From Paraphysomonas bandaiensis (Eukaryota; Protista; Chrysophyceae), in assembly GCA_965644295.1 (NCBI GenBank), contig CBFFRP010000048.1, positions 1-23,569 of the forward strand: 23,569 nucleotides of DNA, written 5' to 3'. This document shows, piece by piece, positions 1-13,100 of this stretch. The notes under the pieces were generated by a model. It did no database searches. It saw nothing but the letters and a program-made list of their open reading frames with translations, and was not told where the DNA came from. The position numbers and the translations under genes were made by a program. Each line of letters starts with the position of its first letter. Positions within the stretch are counted from its first letter, which is position 1.

Positions 1-80
1 TACTATGTAATTAGTTGATCATTACAATTGTAGGTAGACATGTTATCCCATAGTTCTACGTGCAACTACCATTCATGCAC

Positions 81-2595
81 TTAATTCAACCACTTTTCCA
101 GCCACGCCACTATAGTTTTATGCCATTCTATGGAATTCATTGGTTTCAAACACCAATGGTTTTCATCTGGAAAAAATAACATTTGTGAAGGAATATTCCG
201 CCTCTGCAAAGCCGTAAAAGTAGACAACCCTTCAGTTTCCACCACACGATAATCTTTTCCACCTTGAATCACCAGAGTGGGCGTATTCCAATTTTTGAGA
301 TATGTTGACGGACTCCATTTCTCATATACCGCCGCATTCTCCCAGGGCAGGCCAAATTCCCATTCTACAACACAGCGAACACTCAGAGGGCTTTACAGCC
401 TTTTAGCATTCATCATACCTGGGAACCATAACTCCTCCGTAGAGTAATATAAGCTTCGCAAATCAAATATACCGTCATGATTTACAAGACACTTAAACAT
501 GTCCGAGTGCCCGTTGATCCAGTTAATCATGTACCCACCATAACTCGCCCCTAGTGCTCCCACTCTCAACCTATCGAGGTAAGGCTTTTGTTTCAAAATA
601 AAATCTACCTATGGTTGCAACACGGGTAAAACAGCGAAACATATACCATTAACTCACTTACCCCAGCAATACAATCGCGGAAAGGTTGCCCTCCCCAATC
701 CCCTCTGATGCTGTCGACATAAGCTTTCCCAAACCCAGTGCTACCGTGAAAATTCACGGCGCACACCCCATAACCTAGAAAGATATGTTAGCTAATACTG
801 CACACTCCATGTGGTAATATACACTGACGGACCTCTGGAGGCAAAGAAGCTTAAATTCCAGCGATAGTGCCAGCTGTTTAGAATAGCACTCTGTGGCCCT
901 CCGTGAATGATGAGCACCAGGGGGTATGAGCCTGGGGCGGCGGTTCCTTCTTCTTCATCTGATTGAAGATTAACAGGGGGGAGGTACCACATATGCACTA
1001 GATCAGTTGCAGACTGACTTCCGTCTTCATTGACAGCAGGGAAGTAATATTGCTCTACACGAGGCAATGTTAAGTCACCATTGAAATACTCCGGGCATGG
1101 GCAGTATATTTCACGAATTGCCCTCATTGAGTTAGTAACCAACGCAGCCTCGCCCGATTGTAAACCAGAGTGAATCTCAGAAGGACTAGGAATTACTTCA
1201 AACAGGTCGTCTATGGTTGCCATTTTCATCATGTTTGGAGAGGAGAGTGTGCTCTCCAGGAAGTATAGATAACGGGCCTTATATGCCCCGTGCGTTTGCA
1301 CTATCATGGGGCTACATCTGCTCTCGTCACCGCCAATGACACCCATCCAATGCAATGCCACAGCTCCAGGGTTACTCTTCATCTCGGTAACGCCTATGCG
1401 ATAAATTCTGTTGCTTCCACGGAACTGGGCCGTACAGAGCAACCAATACTGCTTCTCACCTGACTCATCCGAATTAACAATATTGTCCCAAGAAATAGAT
1501 GAAAAAGACAAATCCACCCCAACAGTCAAGTCAGAAAGACGTCCTGATGCTCTATCCCAGATTACTATTCTCATCATGTCGGATTCATACTGAGCAGTAT
1601 TCATGGCAAGAAAGGCCACCTTTTCACCATCGGGAGACCAACATGGGCTGCTATGGGTACCGAGGTTGTTCTCGTCGCTAACTAGGGTAAGCCGCCCAGG
1701 CTCTTGACGTACACCCTCTGATGACGAAAAATGAGAGTCGTCAGGAAGCTGGCAAGAAAATATGCTCACTTCAGTACTCCAAGCCATGTCTCTGCCTTGC
1801 ACTCCGGTTGTGTCAGTTCGTCGACATGCGAAAACAGCGCTGGATCCGTCGGCAGATACATTGTATTCTTCTAATCCCCCAAAAGGACGCGACGGACAAT
1901 CAGTCTCAAGGCCAAACATCAAATCGAATAAATTCTCCGTTTTAGCAAGCAGGGTTCCGGTCGGTGATACATCCAATGGGCAAACGAACACATGCTGTCT
2001 CTTCTTGTAGCAATCCCATGTGTCCCAGTGTCGTACCATTAAGCCATCAAATACCATTCCACTACTTCCCTTCCCAGAGCCTTTCGAAGCGTCCATATCA
2101 GCAGTTTCTTTTACAGTATGATTAGGATACACACTTAGGCTACACACTAGCCACATCTTATCAGTATTTCGATACAGCTTAAACGATTCCACTTCCACAG
2201 GGAAATGTGATACCTGAGAAGCTTCGCCTGAAACAATCACATATCACCATAAATTTGTATGAAAATAGAATTATTCTACCTCCATCGAGAGGAAGTGACC
2301 ATATTTGCCCGTCTGTCGATTTAAGGAATAAAATAGCGTCGTCTCCATACGTCATGTTGAGAGCAAACGCAGGGTTCGATACACCTCCAGTCTGTAGTCG
2401 TGTCATCTGTTTCGTTCCAAGAGTAATTGCGTCATGGATATGCAAATTGGTGACTCCAGTTTGGGAGGTTATGGAGTAGGTCTTGATAGTGAAAGCCACA
2501 AGAGCACGACTGGACACCGCTTCTACTATACGCGGGCTTTCAACCAAATCATCCACTTTCAGATAGACGGGTGCATCGACTCCAAATGCTGACAT
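81..2595 (-). CDS. S9 (prolyl oligopeptidase clan) serine peptidase, dipeptidyl-peptidase V / acylaminoacyl-peptidase-like; 5 exons (2595-2280, 2227-833, 774-662, 608-419, 364-81)
   Basis: Four GT-AG introns (2228-2279, 775-832, 609-661, 365-418; 52-58 nt) join the ORF fragments in frame. Motifs: MVRHWDTW, WD40/PD40-like SPCWSPDGEKVAFLAM, LIIHGGPQ, GYGVCAVNFHGSTGFG, nucleophile GASYGG, Asp in GGKDYRV, His in FPDENHW. Stop TAA at 81-83. Confidence 0.95.
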
Positions 2596-2945
2596 GATGG
2601 TGGTGGTAACTTAGATGTTGAGATAGGCACAGTATCGAATATAAGCCAGTGCAGTGAGAACACTGTGCTGTGCATAGAGAGTCTCCACAGCAGAGGGATG
2701 CATACCAGACTACGTACACAGCGGTAGCAACTGAGTATTGTACGTATACAGACAGTAGCAGAGATATACTGACTTCACACTGCACCAGTACACAGCAGCA
2801 GAGTACTACGATGTAATACACCGTATAGAGTAATGAGAAGGTACTGTGTACAGCAGTATCCACAGGCCTGTACTTAAACTCCACAACAAATAGACCCCCA
2901 GTCATGAGAGTGTAGCCCCTGGATCATTGACGCATATATTCCAGG
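2596..2945. promoter_or_regulatory. Short (350 bp) bidirectional promoter region between the divergent peptidase and GT2-fusion genes
   Basis: The ATGs at 2595 (-) and 2946 (+) face away from each other. The region is rich in CAGTA/TACAG/GTACA words and contains ACAGCAGTA at 2850-2858. Confidence 0.6.
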
Positions 2946-5900
2946 ATGATTGCATTTGGCCTTCAGGTGGCATGTGTATTATTTCTGCTGTCTTCTGTCA
3001 GTGGATTAAGACCGAAAAATTCTATCGTGATGACATTCATTGCAAGAGATGAAGCTGTCAACATCAAAAGCAATCTCCCTCTTTGGGCTGAAGTGATTGA
3101 CTACTTCGTGTTCATGATAGATGAAAGGACAACGGATGGAACGGAGAGTGCTATCGCCGATGTCTTGGATGGACGCATCCCTTATGAAATTGTTTATCAC
3201 AATTTTACTGGTTTCGGACCCGCTAGAACCAAATCGTTGAGAAATGCTTGGAAGCTTTTCCCACAGGCATCTCATGTATGGATTGCTGACCCAGATTGGA
3301 AGCCAGATTTGTCAACAATTAACAAGGATGATTTGACCCTGGAGCATGACGCATTTCGGTTTTTAATATATGATCGCAACGGCATAACGACACGACGATG
3401 CGATTGGCTATTGCGCCATAGGGAAGGCCTTGCAATGCGATATCATCTTCACGAAGTATTAGACATTGGTGAAACCTATATTCCTTATCGCATTCCGTGG
3501 ATAGTGCATGAGATAGAACAGAAAGGCAGTTGGCATACAACTGTGGGTCATGGACACAGTATGAGCGCACAGCGTTATATATTTGATTTGCAGTTGCTTC
3601 AGAAGGACTTGGAGATGTATGGGCATGACCCCCACACTCACCACTATTTGGGCGTATCCCATGAGGCCTATGTTGAGAAGATGTTGCAAAGTAATGGCAA
3701 CATATTAACTGAGGAGCTACGAGGCCACCTCGATGAGTCCATCAAATACCTTACTCTGAGGGTGACCGGAGTCTACAAAACTGAGTTTCTGGAGGAAAGA
3801 TGGGCATGCATGTATGCCCTAGCCGGTATTTATGTTTCGTACCTGGTATGACATTAAGTTTATGTGCTTTTCCATCGATAATCGTGTGCTGCACACAGAG
3901 AGACGACGTGAGTGGACTTCGGTGGCTCCAGGCCTGTCATGAATTCAGTCCACAACAGACGGAGTGTGCTCTTGGAATGCTTCACATTTACGAGTCTCAA
4001 GGGCGTCTTGAGGAATCCCAAAATATGTTGCTGGTAAGAATTAATAGCTGCTGTTGCTGCTGCTAGTGTAATGAAAATTTAGGAAATTCTTCGCACGGAA
4101 CACGAGGAGCGCACAATGTTGAATCACTTCAAACATTGGTCCTGCGATGTACCTGTCACTGCGTCTAGGGTATTAGTTCACGTCGCCAAGTATAGTGACA
4201 CTGGATTCACCAAAGACGATGCCAAATACTTGAAGCTGCTGGTGCGTATGTTCCTTTGTGGTTTGGATTCATTGATCCCTATCTGTAGGCAGGAGTCGCA
4301 AGCAGTGAGGAATGCGTAAGTTACGGTGCTAGTCTGGGCCCTGAAACTGCATCTGAGGTGTTGACTGTCCTACAACCATACGGTAATACATATATAATTT
4401 TAGCGTATTTATTATGCGATATATGGTGGCAGACTTGGCGAGTTCACCACTCTCGAATACAAAGGGACTTTGCAATGACAGAAGCCTAGTTGAGTACATC
4501 ATAAGAAATGAGTACACTCTTCATCCATGCGAAAACATAAAACACGAAGCTACTGCAAGACGCACTTGCAAGGATTTCACTCAGATGCTACCTTCTCCTG
4601 CAGAGGTGGGACATAGTGTTTCAAGTATATATCTTACTATCTGTACAGGATCGACAGGTGTATGCCGCAAAGGAATTTATTGGCGCGGCCAGTATCTATG
4701 ACATCGCCCACCATGCTTATGCAGGTTCCGCAAGAAGAATTACTCATAACCCGTACAACCGTGGATATTACAGGTACAAGATTGAGAATTCTACTAACAA
4801 CACTTTACTTTGACTGTAGGATTCTTTTTGCTGAGCACTTCAATTTTAGAAATCTTCTGTATTTAATTGGATTCGCGCATGGCAATAACTTGGAGCACAG
4901 GCTACAAATTACTGTTTTGACATCGCAGTCTGAGTTGAAGCAAGCTCTGAAACAGCGAGTGGAGTTGTGTCTACACAAGTCATTGATTCTAGATCACGTT
5001 ACGTTCATTGACCTGCGCAACGGACAGCGATTTAGTGATGCTTTGAGAGGTGATGCAGATGGAAGTACTGATAACTATTATGACTACGTGGAGTACAATG
5101 GTGGCATGTCACTGAGCAGCGAATACAGTCAGCATCTAAATGACCTAAAGACGGTAACCGCTGTTGCAGCAGTGTGTGTTCTACTAATATTACAGTTAGT
5201 TGATTGGGTCACGAGGTGTTATTGGAATTACGTATTATACGAAAAACATAGTCCAGGAATCTCTGAGACGTGTCGTGCAACAGAGAAACATGACTGCTCA
5301 TATTCCACTGAGGTAGGTGGTAACACTGACTGTTAATTGTTGTTCTCATATCTTATGGCCTTGGTAGCGATAATCCCATAAATCTGGTGAAAGGCTACCT
5401 TAAAGCACATGATCTTGTTGACTATACGAAAGACTCTGGCTTGGTTGCCGCTTTAGCGGACGGTGAATGTGTTAGCTACAGCAAAAGCGACGTCGAGTCG
5501 ATAGTTCAGGGACTAAACTTTAAAATACTCTCGTGGATTCCAACTGCTCGTATGAGTCCCTATGGTTCGTATGCTTTACTAATTCATCAATCATGCTAAC
5601 CTTATTGTACTTTCGTTGTCATAGATATGATTCCTGACGAAATGGTACAACGGTGAGTAATTTCATTTCACATTAATATTACTGTTACAATGAAATAGGT
5701 ACAAGTCGTATGGGATGCTCGAAGAGGACTTCATGAACACGATATCCTCTCAATTTAGGGCGACGGTATACGTGTCTCGCTCTGATTCTCAGAATCCCGG
5801 ACGGGCAATTTCAACAGAGCATATGCTAAACAACACCAAATTGATAGCGAGAAGTGCCAATCTGGGATATGTATTTTCCAGTGCTGTTGACAAAGCTCAA

Positions 5901-8571
5901 AGCCGGCTGTCGATGAGTTATGGCATTCCATTATCTGCGAGGAGGAAGACGGAATTCATGCTCCGTGTCGTGTGCCTTCCTTACTCGATGGCAGCACTTT
6001 CTTTGCTTTCAGATTCCCCATCATTTCAGAAAATGCTGGAATTCAATGCCCAAATAACTCCGGAATTTTCACCATTCACTATTAAATATGAACTTTTGAA
6101 ATCTCTGGGTACACTTGAGAAATTTAACTTCATCACACTTTGGACACCAGAAGATGGTGATTCGAAGCCTCCACTGCAGGATGACCAAAAAACGACGTCA
6201 CGTAAGTTTTCTGTATCACGTCGCACACCTGCTCCTGCTCCTCCTCCTCCGTCTGATAAAAGGGAATCTCAGTTGTTAAAATCTGGGCTAAAGACGGCAA
6301 AGCGTAGTCCTACCTTGGCAACAGAAAATAGAGGAATTCATAAATCTGCAAGTGTTGAAGAAGGCGTGCAGTCTGGAGACGAAGGTGTGGTTAATGTTGG
6401 TGGATTGAAGTTTAGTCGCCGTCCACCAAGTGAAAAGTCTTCTATCGTGGACGATAAGACTCAGACAGGTAGTAACGAAGTTCCCGCCATTTGCCGTATA
6501 CCTGGAGTCAGTGGTGGTGGAATATGTTCCGCTTTCAAAAAGCAGGGCGTGGCAGATGAAGAAACTACTCAACGATTATATCAAAAGAAAAGTGAAGGAG
6601 AGGAACTTCAGAGTGGTAGTGTCGCTACTGGTCCAGTTTCTGACAGTTTTAGTAAGCGCGTTGCAGCCCTAAAGAAAATGGGATTCTCTGATGCAATGGT
6701 ATCTAAAATAATACAGAAAGATATGGAGGCTGACGGTGATATTTTATCTCCCGAGCAGTCTTCTGGAACTACAGCTTCTGTTCATGAGTCTGTGTCAGGC
6801 TCTCAGGTGTCGCAAGCTGGCGTACCTCCTTCACCTTTGAATGAAGCGAAAGACGTTGATGATGACATCCCTGCAGTATGCCGCATACCAGGTGTGAATG
6901 GAGGGAACGTCTGCAAACCTTACTTAGACAAGCAAAAGAAAAGAAATGAGATTGAAGATTTCGAGCCAAAGCAAGTTCAAGCTTCTACTGTTCACAAAGG
7001 TCCTAACCCACAAAAAGATTCTCACGGGGAGTATGACGTTCAAGTTCGAGGACTAAAGAAACTGGGATTGTCAGATGCTGTGATTGCTCAGATTTTGAGC
7101 AAAGCATCTGTGGTGAATGCTGACAGTGGTATAGAAACTTCTGGTATATATATCAATACATATATATATATATCTTTGTCATATAGTATGTAGAAGGTAG
7201 AAATATAGAGCGGAATCGAGTTCGGACTGGCAAAGAGTATCAACCACAGTCGCGAGAAATGCTGCTAAAGAGCTACCGAAATCCCAAATGTGAGCAATTG
7301 TGAGTAGAAAGTGATGTGTTTTGCGTTTCTGATATGCATAAAGTGCCGATTCTGTTGCGGAGAAGGAGCAGTGTACAATGCCTACAACATTAAAAAGGCC
7401 AACATCTGGTAAGCCCTTCGCTTGTGATTCTTGTGTTGAACTTATTGCATATGTTGAAGGAAATACATTAACCAGTAAACTCAAAGTTACTTTCGATTTG
7501 AAGCAGCTGGCATACTTGTATAACAAAAAGGCAATACGTGAGAAGTTTTTAATCGAAAATGCTGTGCATGGTTTGGAAAATCTATTGGACACACTTCGAT
7601 CGAGCGGGTTGCAGAGGTCATCGTCATCGGTACGACTGATAGTAACCAGGTGTATGTGTAACACGTTTCGTAGGTCATGAGTTTGAATTCTCATCAGCGT
7701 GATATGGTTAGTTCGATATTCAATAGGGCTGTATATGTCGCGGAAGATACGCATCTTGCTGTCTATGCTGAACCAGGTGCACTTGATTATATCAAATCTG
7801 TCGTACGTGGAATAGACAGCGTAGATTTCTTTGTAATCGATGGAGTACTTGTATCTGAAGCATTATCTCAATTGGCCGACCTATTGCTGTCGTCAACTAT
7901 ATGGTTTGATGTTGCCAATGGATTTGCATTTGCGGCACATTCTGATGATGGCTTAGCACAATCGTCATTTCATGAACTAGGACAGGTATATAAATATTAT
8001 ATGCATTTTCATGGAGCTAAGTATACCTTAGGCGTTTGAAAGTGTCATATCCCCCTCTGATTCCAATTCGTATCATCTCAAAAAGTATTATGCAGTTGCA
8101 TTAGATGGATCAGCGGAGGGCGTCAGCTCTCTCTCAATGGGTATAGATAATTGTTTATGCATGTGTGTGTGACCACTGTAATCAGGTGAGCCTGAAGACA
8201 TTCATGTGATCGTCTGGTTGAATGGTGAAACTTCGGATGCTATCGATGATTCTCAAGATAACGAACACGATGGCTTAGTGGTCTTAAGCGTTGACTACAC
8301 CGCATGTCTGCAAAATCATGGTATGAGAGTCAACGAACGTACACACCCAGATTTTGCTTCAAGGATGGGATCTTTGAATGCGGGACTTACTAAGTTTTGC
8401 CCCTTGCACTCATCAGAAACTATTCCACAGAAGAGTAACCGTGTAACTATATTGGCTCCTGGACGTTCTCATCTCTTTAAAAGTGTGGGCTCTTATTCGC
8501 AGGACGGATCGTTTGACGAGAATATTATTCTTGCCCTCGTGTATGTATTCTCTCCAGATGAATCTGGCTAA
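2946..8571 (+). CDS. Large secretory multidomain protein: signal peptide, GT2 glycosyltransferase, TPR-like helices, degenerate class I SAM-methyltransferase-like domain, low-complexity duplicated linker, degenerate 2OG-Fe(II) oxygenase-like domain; about 15 introns
   Basis: Signal peptide MIAFGLQVACVLFLLSSVSG. GT2 motifs TFIARDEA, IDERTTDGT, FTGFGPAR, DxD-like WIADPD and RYHLHEVL. TPR-like THHYLGVSH and WACMYALA. In-frame GT-AG introns found at 3846-3898, 4034-4082, 4242-4288, 4383-4432, 4606-4648, 4774-4819 and 5154-5199, with further donors near 5312, 5565, 5653, 7145, 7290, 7631, 7986 and 8141. Stop TAA at 8569-8571. The single-gene model is inferred from continuous splicing with no intergenic gap. 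Confidence 0.75.
6480..7110 (+). repeat. Internal protein-level duplication: two copies of a CRIPGVxGGxxC loop, each followed by a UBA-like helical motif
   Basis: VPAICRIPGVSGGGIC (~6480) vs IPAVCRIPGVNGGNVC (~6867); RVAALKKMGFSDAMVSKII (~6657) vs QVRGLKKLGLSDAVIAQIL (~7041). Period is about 385 nt. Confidence 0.8.
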
Positions 8572-10109
8572 TTTATGTAGTATTTGCGAATCGGATTCAA
8601 TGTAGTGAGTAGTGGTAATGACAGATTTTACAAGGGTATGTGAACGAGCTATCTAGTTTAGACTGTTAAATGTTAACATATAGTTGCAAATCAAAAGAGA
8701 TTGAATTTTGTAGTAGGTATTCAAATTTGTAAGTTTGTATTGCCGCTCATATTACACTACGTTGGTATAGCTTCATATGTGGGATATATGCATGTCATTG
8801 CCGTGTAGTTGTACCAGTCGTAGAGTTGACAATGTAGTAAGTATAACATTTTAATTCTTTACAATATCATACAGAACGACCTCGCGTGGGTACTTATAAT
8901 ACTATATTTAGGTATTACTAATATCTCTTCATGCATTATACTTGCTTAATCATCACACTTTTCACTACGCACACTGACACAGAAGTTGAAAATGAATTCG
9001 TATCATTTCTTGCTTACATAGCGTGACCTAATGAGTCATCGTCTGCGCCCATTGTTATTTGGGCTATGGCAGTAGGCAAAAACGAGTCGACTGATTATTA
9101 GCTACGATTAATTTTTTTTAATTTAAATAACACAGTACATAGTATCGAGTAGTATTTATCAACATGTATATTATTACTTATTATATAAATAACATCCTAC
9201 TTTGACTTCTCAAATATATATAGATATTGAGTATTATAGACAACAAAATACGCAATTCACCGAAATTAAATCTCAATTTTCCATGAATTGATGTTCTCTG
9301 ACAATGTGTCATAAATCATTTGAGTGAAAGCATTGATGTCAAAAAAGCACAACAAGGTTTGGTGGAAGAAAGACAGCAAGGCAAATTAAATCATACAGAT
9401 AGCATATCAACCTCGAAGTAATTCCGATGAAACTTCGGTGACTTCTACTAGTCAATCTGAGTTGGTTAAAGTCATTATAGATGACTATACAATTCTACAT
9501 GCACTCTCTGTGTATGATAACTCCATTATAGACAATACACGCACTGCAATGCATTATCATCAACCCATCCTCACACTGCAGTCATATCTCAATACTCATC
9601 AAACTATACGGGAGCGTATCGGTTATACAAGAAAGAGGCCCTAGTTCCCATGCCAGCGTAACCACATCAATTATTTACAGGTTCTTTTATGTTTGACATG
9701 CAGTCATGAGTGACTTGCTTGTAGACATCGCTCGACTAGAATCTCAGGCATGTACTGCTGTGCACAGTACCATATACACATATACAGCAGCTATTCCTAC
9801 AGTATACATATATACGGTATACGACGGGAAAAAATATAAAATGGGACAAACAGGATGACTCACATTTCAATTTTCAATATTTTGAAAAATCAAATCTGTC
9901 TGTTGTTCTCACCTGCTGGTCATGCTAGGCGGTATGTATGTGCTGTAGATATCCATGTATGTATGTATGTATACACAGACCAGTGGGGAGAGATACACGG
10001 ATGTGTCGTGAGATGAGCGCAGAGTTCAATTAGCTCACGATCAGTTCTGTTTTACACACAAGAATTAGTCAGTTAGCCTAACCATGGAGCTGTAACTTAT
10101 CAAAGAACA

Positions 10110-13100
10110 ATGGCAACAAGGACATCATCTTCCAAGAACAGTGATACCGCTAAATCTATATCTGTGTTGGATGAACGTGACTCAGACCATGATATAGAGA
10201 ATGAGGAGGATGGATTTGAAGCAGCACTGGGGGCGAAAGTCTCAGAGTCCGCATGGGCATCCGGAGGGCAGCAGAGAGATCATATCATTCAAATACTGCT
10301 CAATCTCGTGTCTAATTTTGGAGTGTATCATGCGGCCAATCAAGACTCTTCAAACTCTTATCAGAAAGTTTTTTACAAAGGGTCATATGCCATAGAAAAT
10401 GTCAATGGTCTAAGACAGTATGTATCGTGATGAAAAATGATGCATGTATTTGATATTTGTTTAGATTTATGCGTGATATGGAGGACCCGATTTCAAGGGA
10501 TATAATGATTCGCATATCGAAATACGAAATCATGGAGCAGTATATCGTCCCATTATTTTGCCTCTCTCTTGACGACAGGTAGGTTGGTTAATATGGCTGT
10601 AGCTAGTTAACAATGATCGATAGAGCCTTGGCAATGCCGCTTATTCGGCTGTTTCTGCTCTTGACCAAACCGCCATCTCCAGGCCGTGCTGCTGCTCTGA
10701 AAGCGAATATTAAAATAAAAAGCCGTCGCGCCCAAGAGTCGGCGGAGGAAGCTGATATACGAATAAAGAAAGAGTTAAGTGACCGTGACAATGCTTATGA
10801 GCAGGTGGCAGCTCTCCTCACGTTCAAACGGGCCTTGGTATCAGGTGTGTACTCTTACTCTGTCACTGGAATTGCAAGAATGTGATCATAGTTTGCCTAT
10901 AGATGATGTGTTTAATATTATTCTGCTACACGCTGCCGAGCCTCTTTTAAAGGAGCCAAGATTACGTAGTGAGGATGATAAAAAGATTATCGAGTGCACT
11001 CTGATGCTGATCAGGTAGTGGTCTATCTAAATGTCGCTATTTATTCACAGTCTATTCAGTAACCTCCTTGCCATTGAGTCGGGGCCCTTATCGCCATCTT
11101 CAGATAAAGTACTTTCTCATTCTCTGCAAAACAAGCTTACTCTGCTATTAGCGGTGCGTTAACTTCTTCATTTATTCGTATTATTGATCCTGAATTTTAC
11201 CTCAGGATGAGTTCTTTGGTATTATCTTGTTGCTTTGTCAGACTGTCATGGACAAAGTCAACCGCCCATGGAATTTAATATTGGTGGAGATCGTCTACTA
11301 TCTTTTGAGGTGGGTAGTTACCCTGACAACATGCTTGAGCTTAGTTTTATGCTATATTCCCTAGGAATCGGGACCCTAAGGACTTGGTGCGTGTAAATGA
11401 CTTGAAAGAGGAAAACATTCGGCATTCGGCCGCGAACAAGCGACGTTCATCTGGACCTATAGCGGGAAAGCTTCATAACGCGCTGGCGAGGGAGCGGGAG
11501 GAACGATTGTCACTGACCAGTGGTGCAGCAGGAAATCGCATGAATAGATTTGGTGGGGTTTTCAGAGTACCTGCAGTTGTTGCCAACAGCGAGCCAGGGT
11601 CGGGGGGCTCGTGCCGAGCGCCACAACTGGCTCGAGATGCGAGTGCCCTACTTGATCCCTCTCAGATCAGGCGCCCACAGGCCATGAGAAGACGCACCAA
11701 GAGTAGTTGTACATTTATTCAGGTCAGTTTGTAGTCCTAACTTCCTGTATATATCATCATCACGCATTTTGTGGATGCAGGGGACAGGACAAGGTACAGA
11801 TAGCAAGTCTTTTCTTGTACCTTCGCTGTCTGGCTCTACGGCTGAGGCTCAACAGGAGAGACAAGTACTTCGGGCCATCGCTGGCTTTATGGATACGCTC
11901 ATGGAAGCCGGTTTCGGGTAGGCCTCAAGATATTGTATTTTTTTAGATTAATGTGTTATAGGGAGCTGGTATACAGCGTGAAGGAAGGCTGGCGGAGGGA
12001 AGACCCAATGAAGCCGGCAGAGGAACTCATGTATCTGAGCATGGTGACATGCTGTCTTCGCTATCAACGGTTAGTTTTAGTCATCACAACTGGCTGTGGT
12101 CACAACTCTAACTTCGTTGTATACTGTGAACGCAGGATAAAGGTTCAGGCGGAACATCGACAGCGGTGATAACCTATTGCGCTGCTTTATCTCTGTGATA
12201 TCTGTACAGGTTCTCTGCAACCCATGGAAATTCTGAATCTCAACCAGCCTGGAACCCAGAGCTCAAGAACGTAACGGTGCGTAAATGTGTACGTAAGTCA
12301 CGTTCATGTAATTTTGTTATTGGTAGCAATGTTTTGACCGCATGAGCATTATGCGTCCAGTGGACGCCATCGTAAAGATTCGCGAAGAAAGCAAGGAATA
12401 TGATAAGGTGTGTCGGATAGTGTTAAATAAGAGTTGGTAATTTTTTATAGTTGGTGGTACCAATGGAGCTATATAAAGAACTCACATGTTTCCTTCGCAT
12501 CATGCTCGAGTCGGAGAATCCGGCCCATAATGATATCGCACTGGGCGCTTTATACAAAATTTTCTATATGTCTTACTCGGAACGTATGGATCCTGTATTG
12601 TCGCTTCTGCGGGATTGGAAACCAGGCACCTTCAGCAGACATCACTTGGACGTGCTAATCGAGCTCGTTCACGAAACTATGAAAGTAATATTATTATTTA
12701 ACAGTTGAAAGTATGTGTAACTTCGTACTTAGTTACTGGATACGGCAGACTACTGTTTCAAGCACGAGTCCACTGAAGAGGGAATTGCAGAGGCGAAAAA
12801 GCGTAGAAAGAAGAAAGACGCGGCAGCGGAGGACGAGCGGTCGCAGTATTTAGGTGAGATATCATAGCATAGGCAAACTAGTTGACGTCTCCTTCAGCTG
12901 CCGCTCTCAGATTCGATCCCCACGAGTACTTTCGTCGACTTGTTTCGAATAATGTATATAATTATCAACTTGAGGAATATGTTTAAGTATTTTTTCAGAC
13001 TATTCGTATATATACTCGAGCATTGGAACAATACAGCTCTAATACACAGCACACGAACCATTATATATTCGTGTTTTTACAGGTGCGAGCTCGTTGATTT

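Noticed and set aside
2549-2905. 118-aa hydrophobic minus-strand ORF
   Set aside because: Lies in the low-complexity divergent promoter region. Its V/Y/C/L bias reflects the CAGTA/TACAG words, and it has no domain features.
7179-7754. 191-aa minus-strand ORF
   Set aside because: Antisense to spliced exons of the GT2-fusion gene; no recognisable motifs.
8572-10109. AT-rich gap including the 68-aa ORF at 9438-9644
   Set aside because: No ATG start, splice pattern or homology cues; treated as intergenic DNA.
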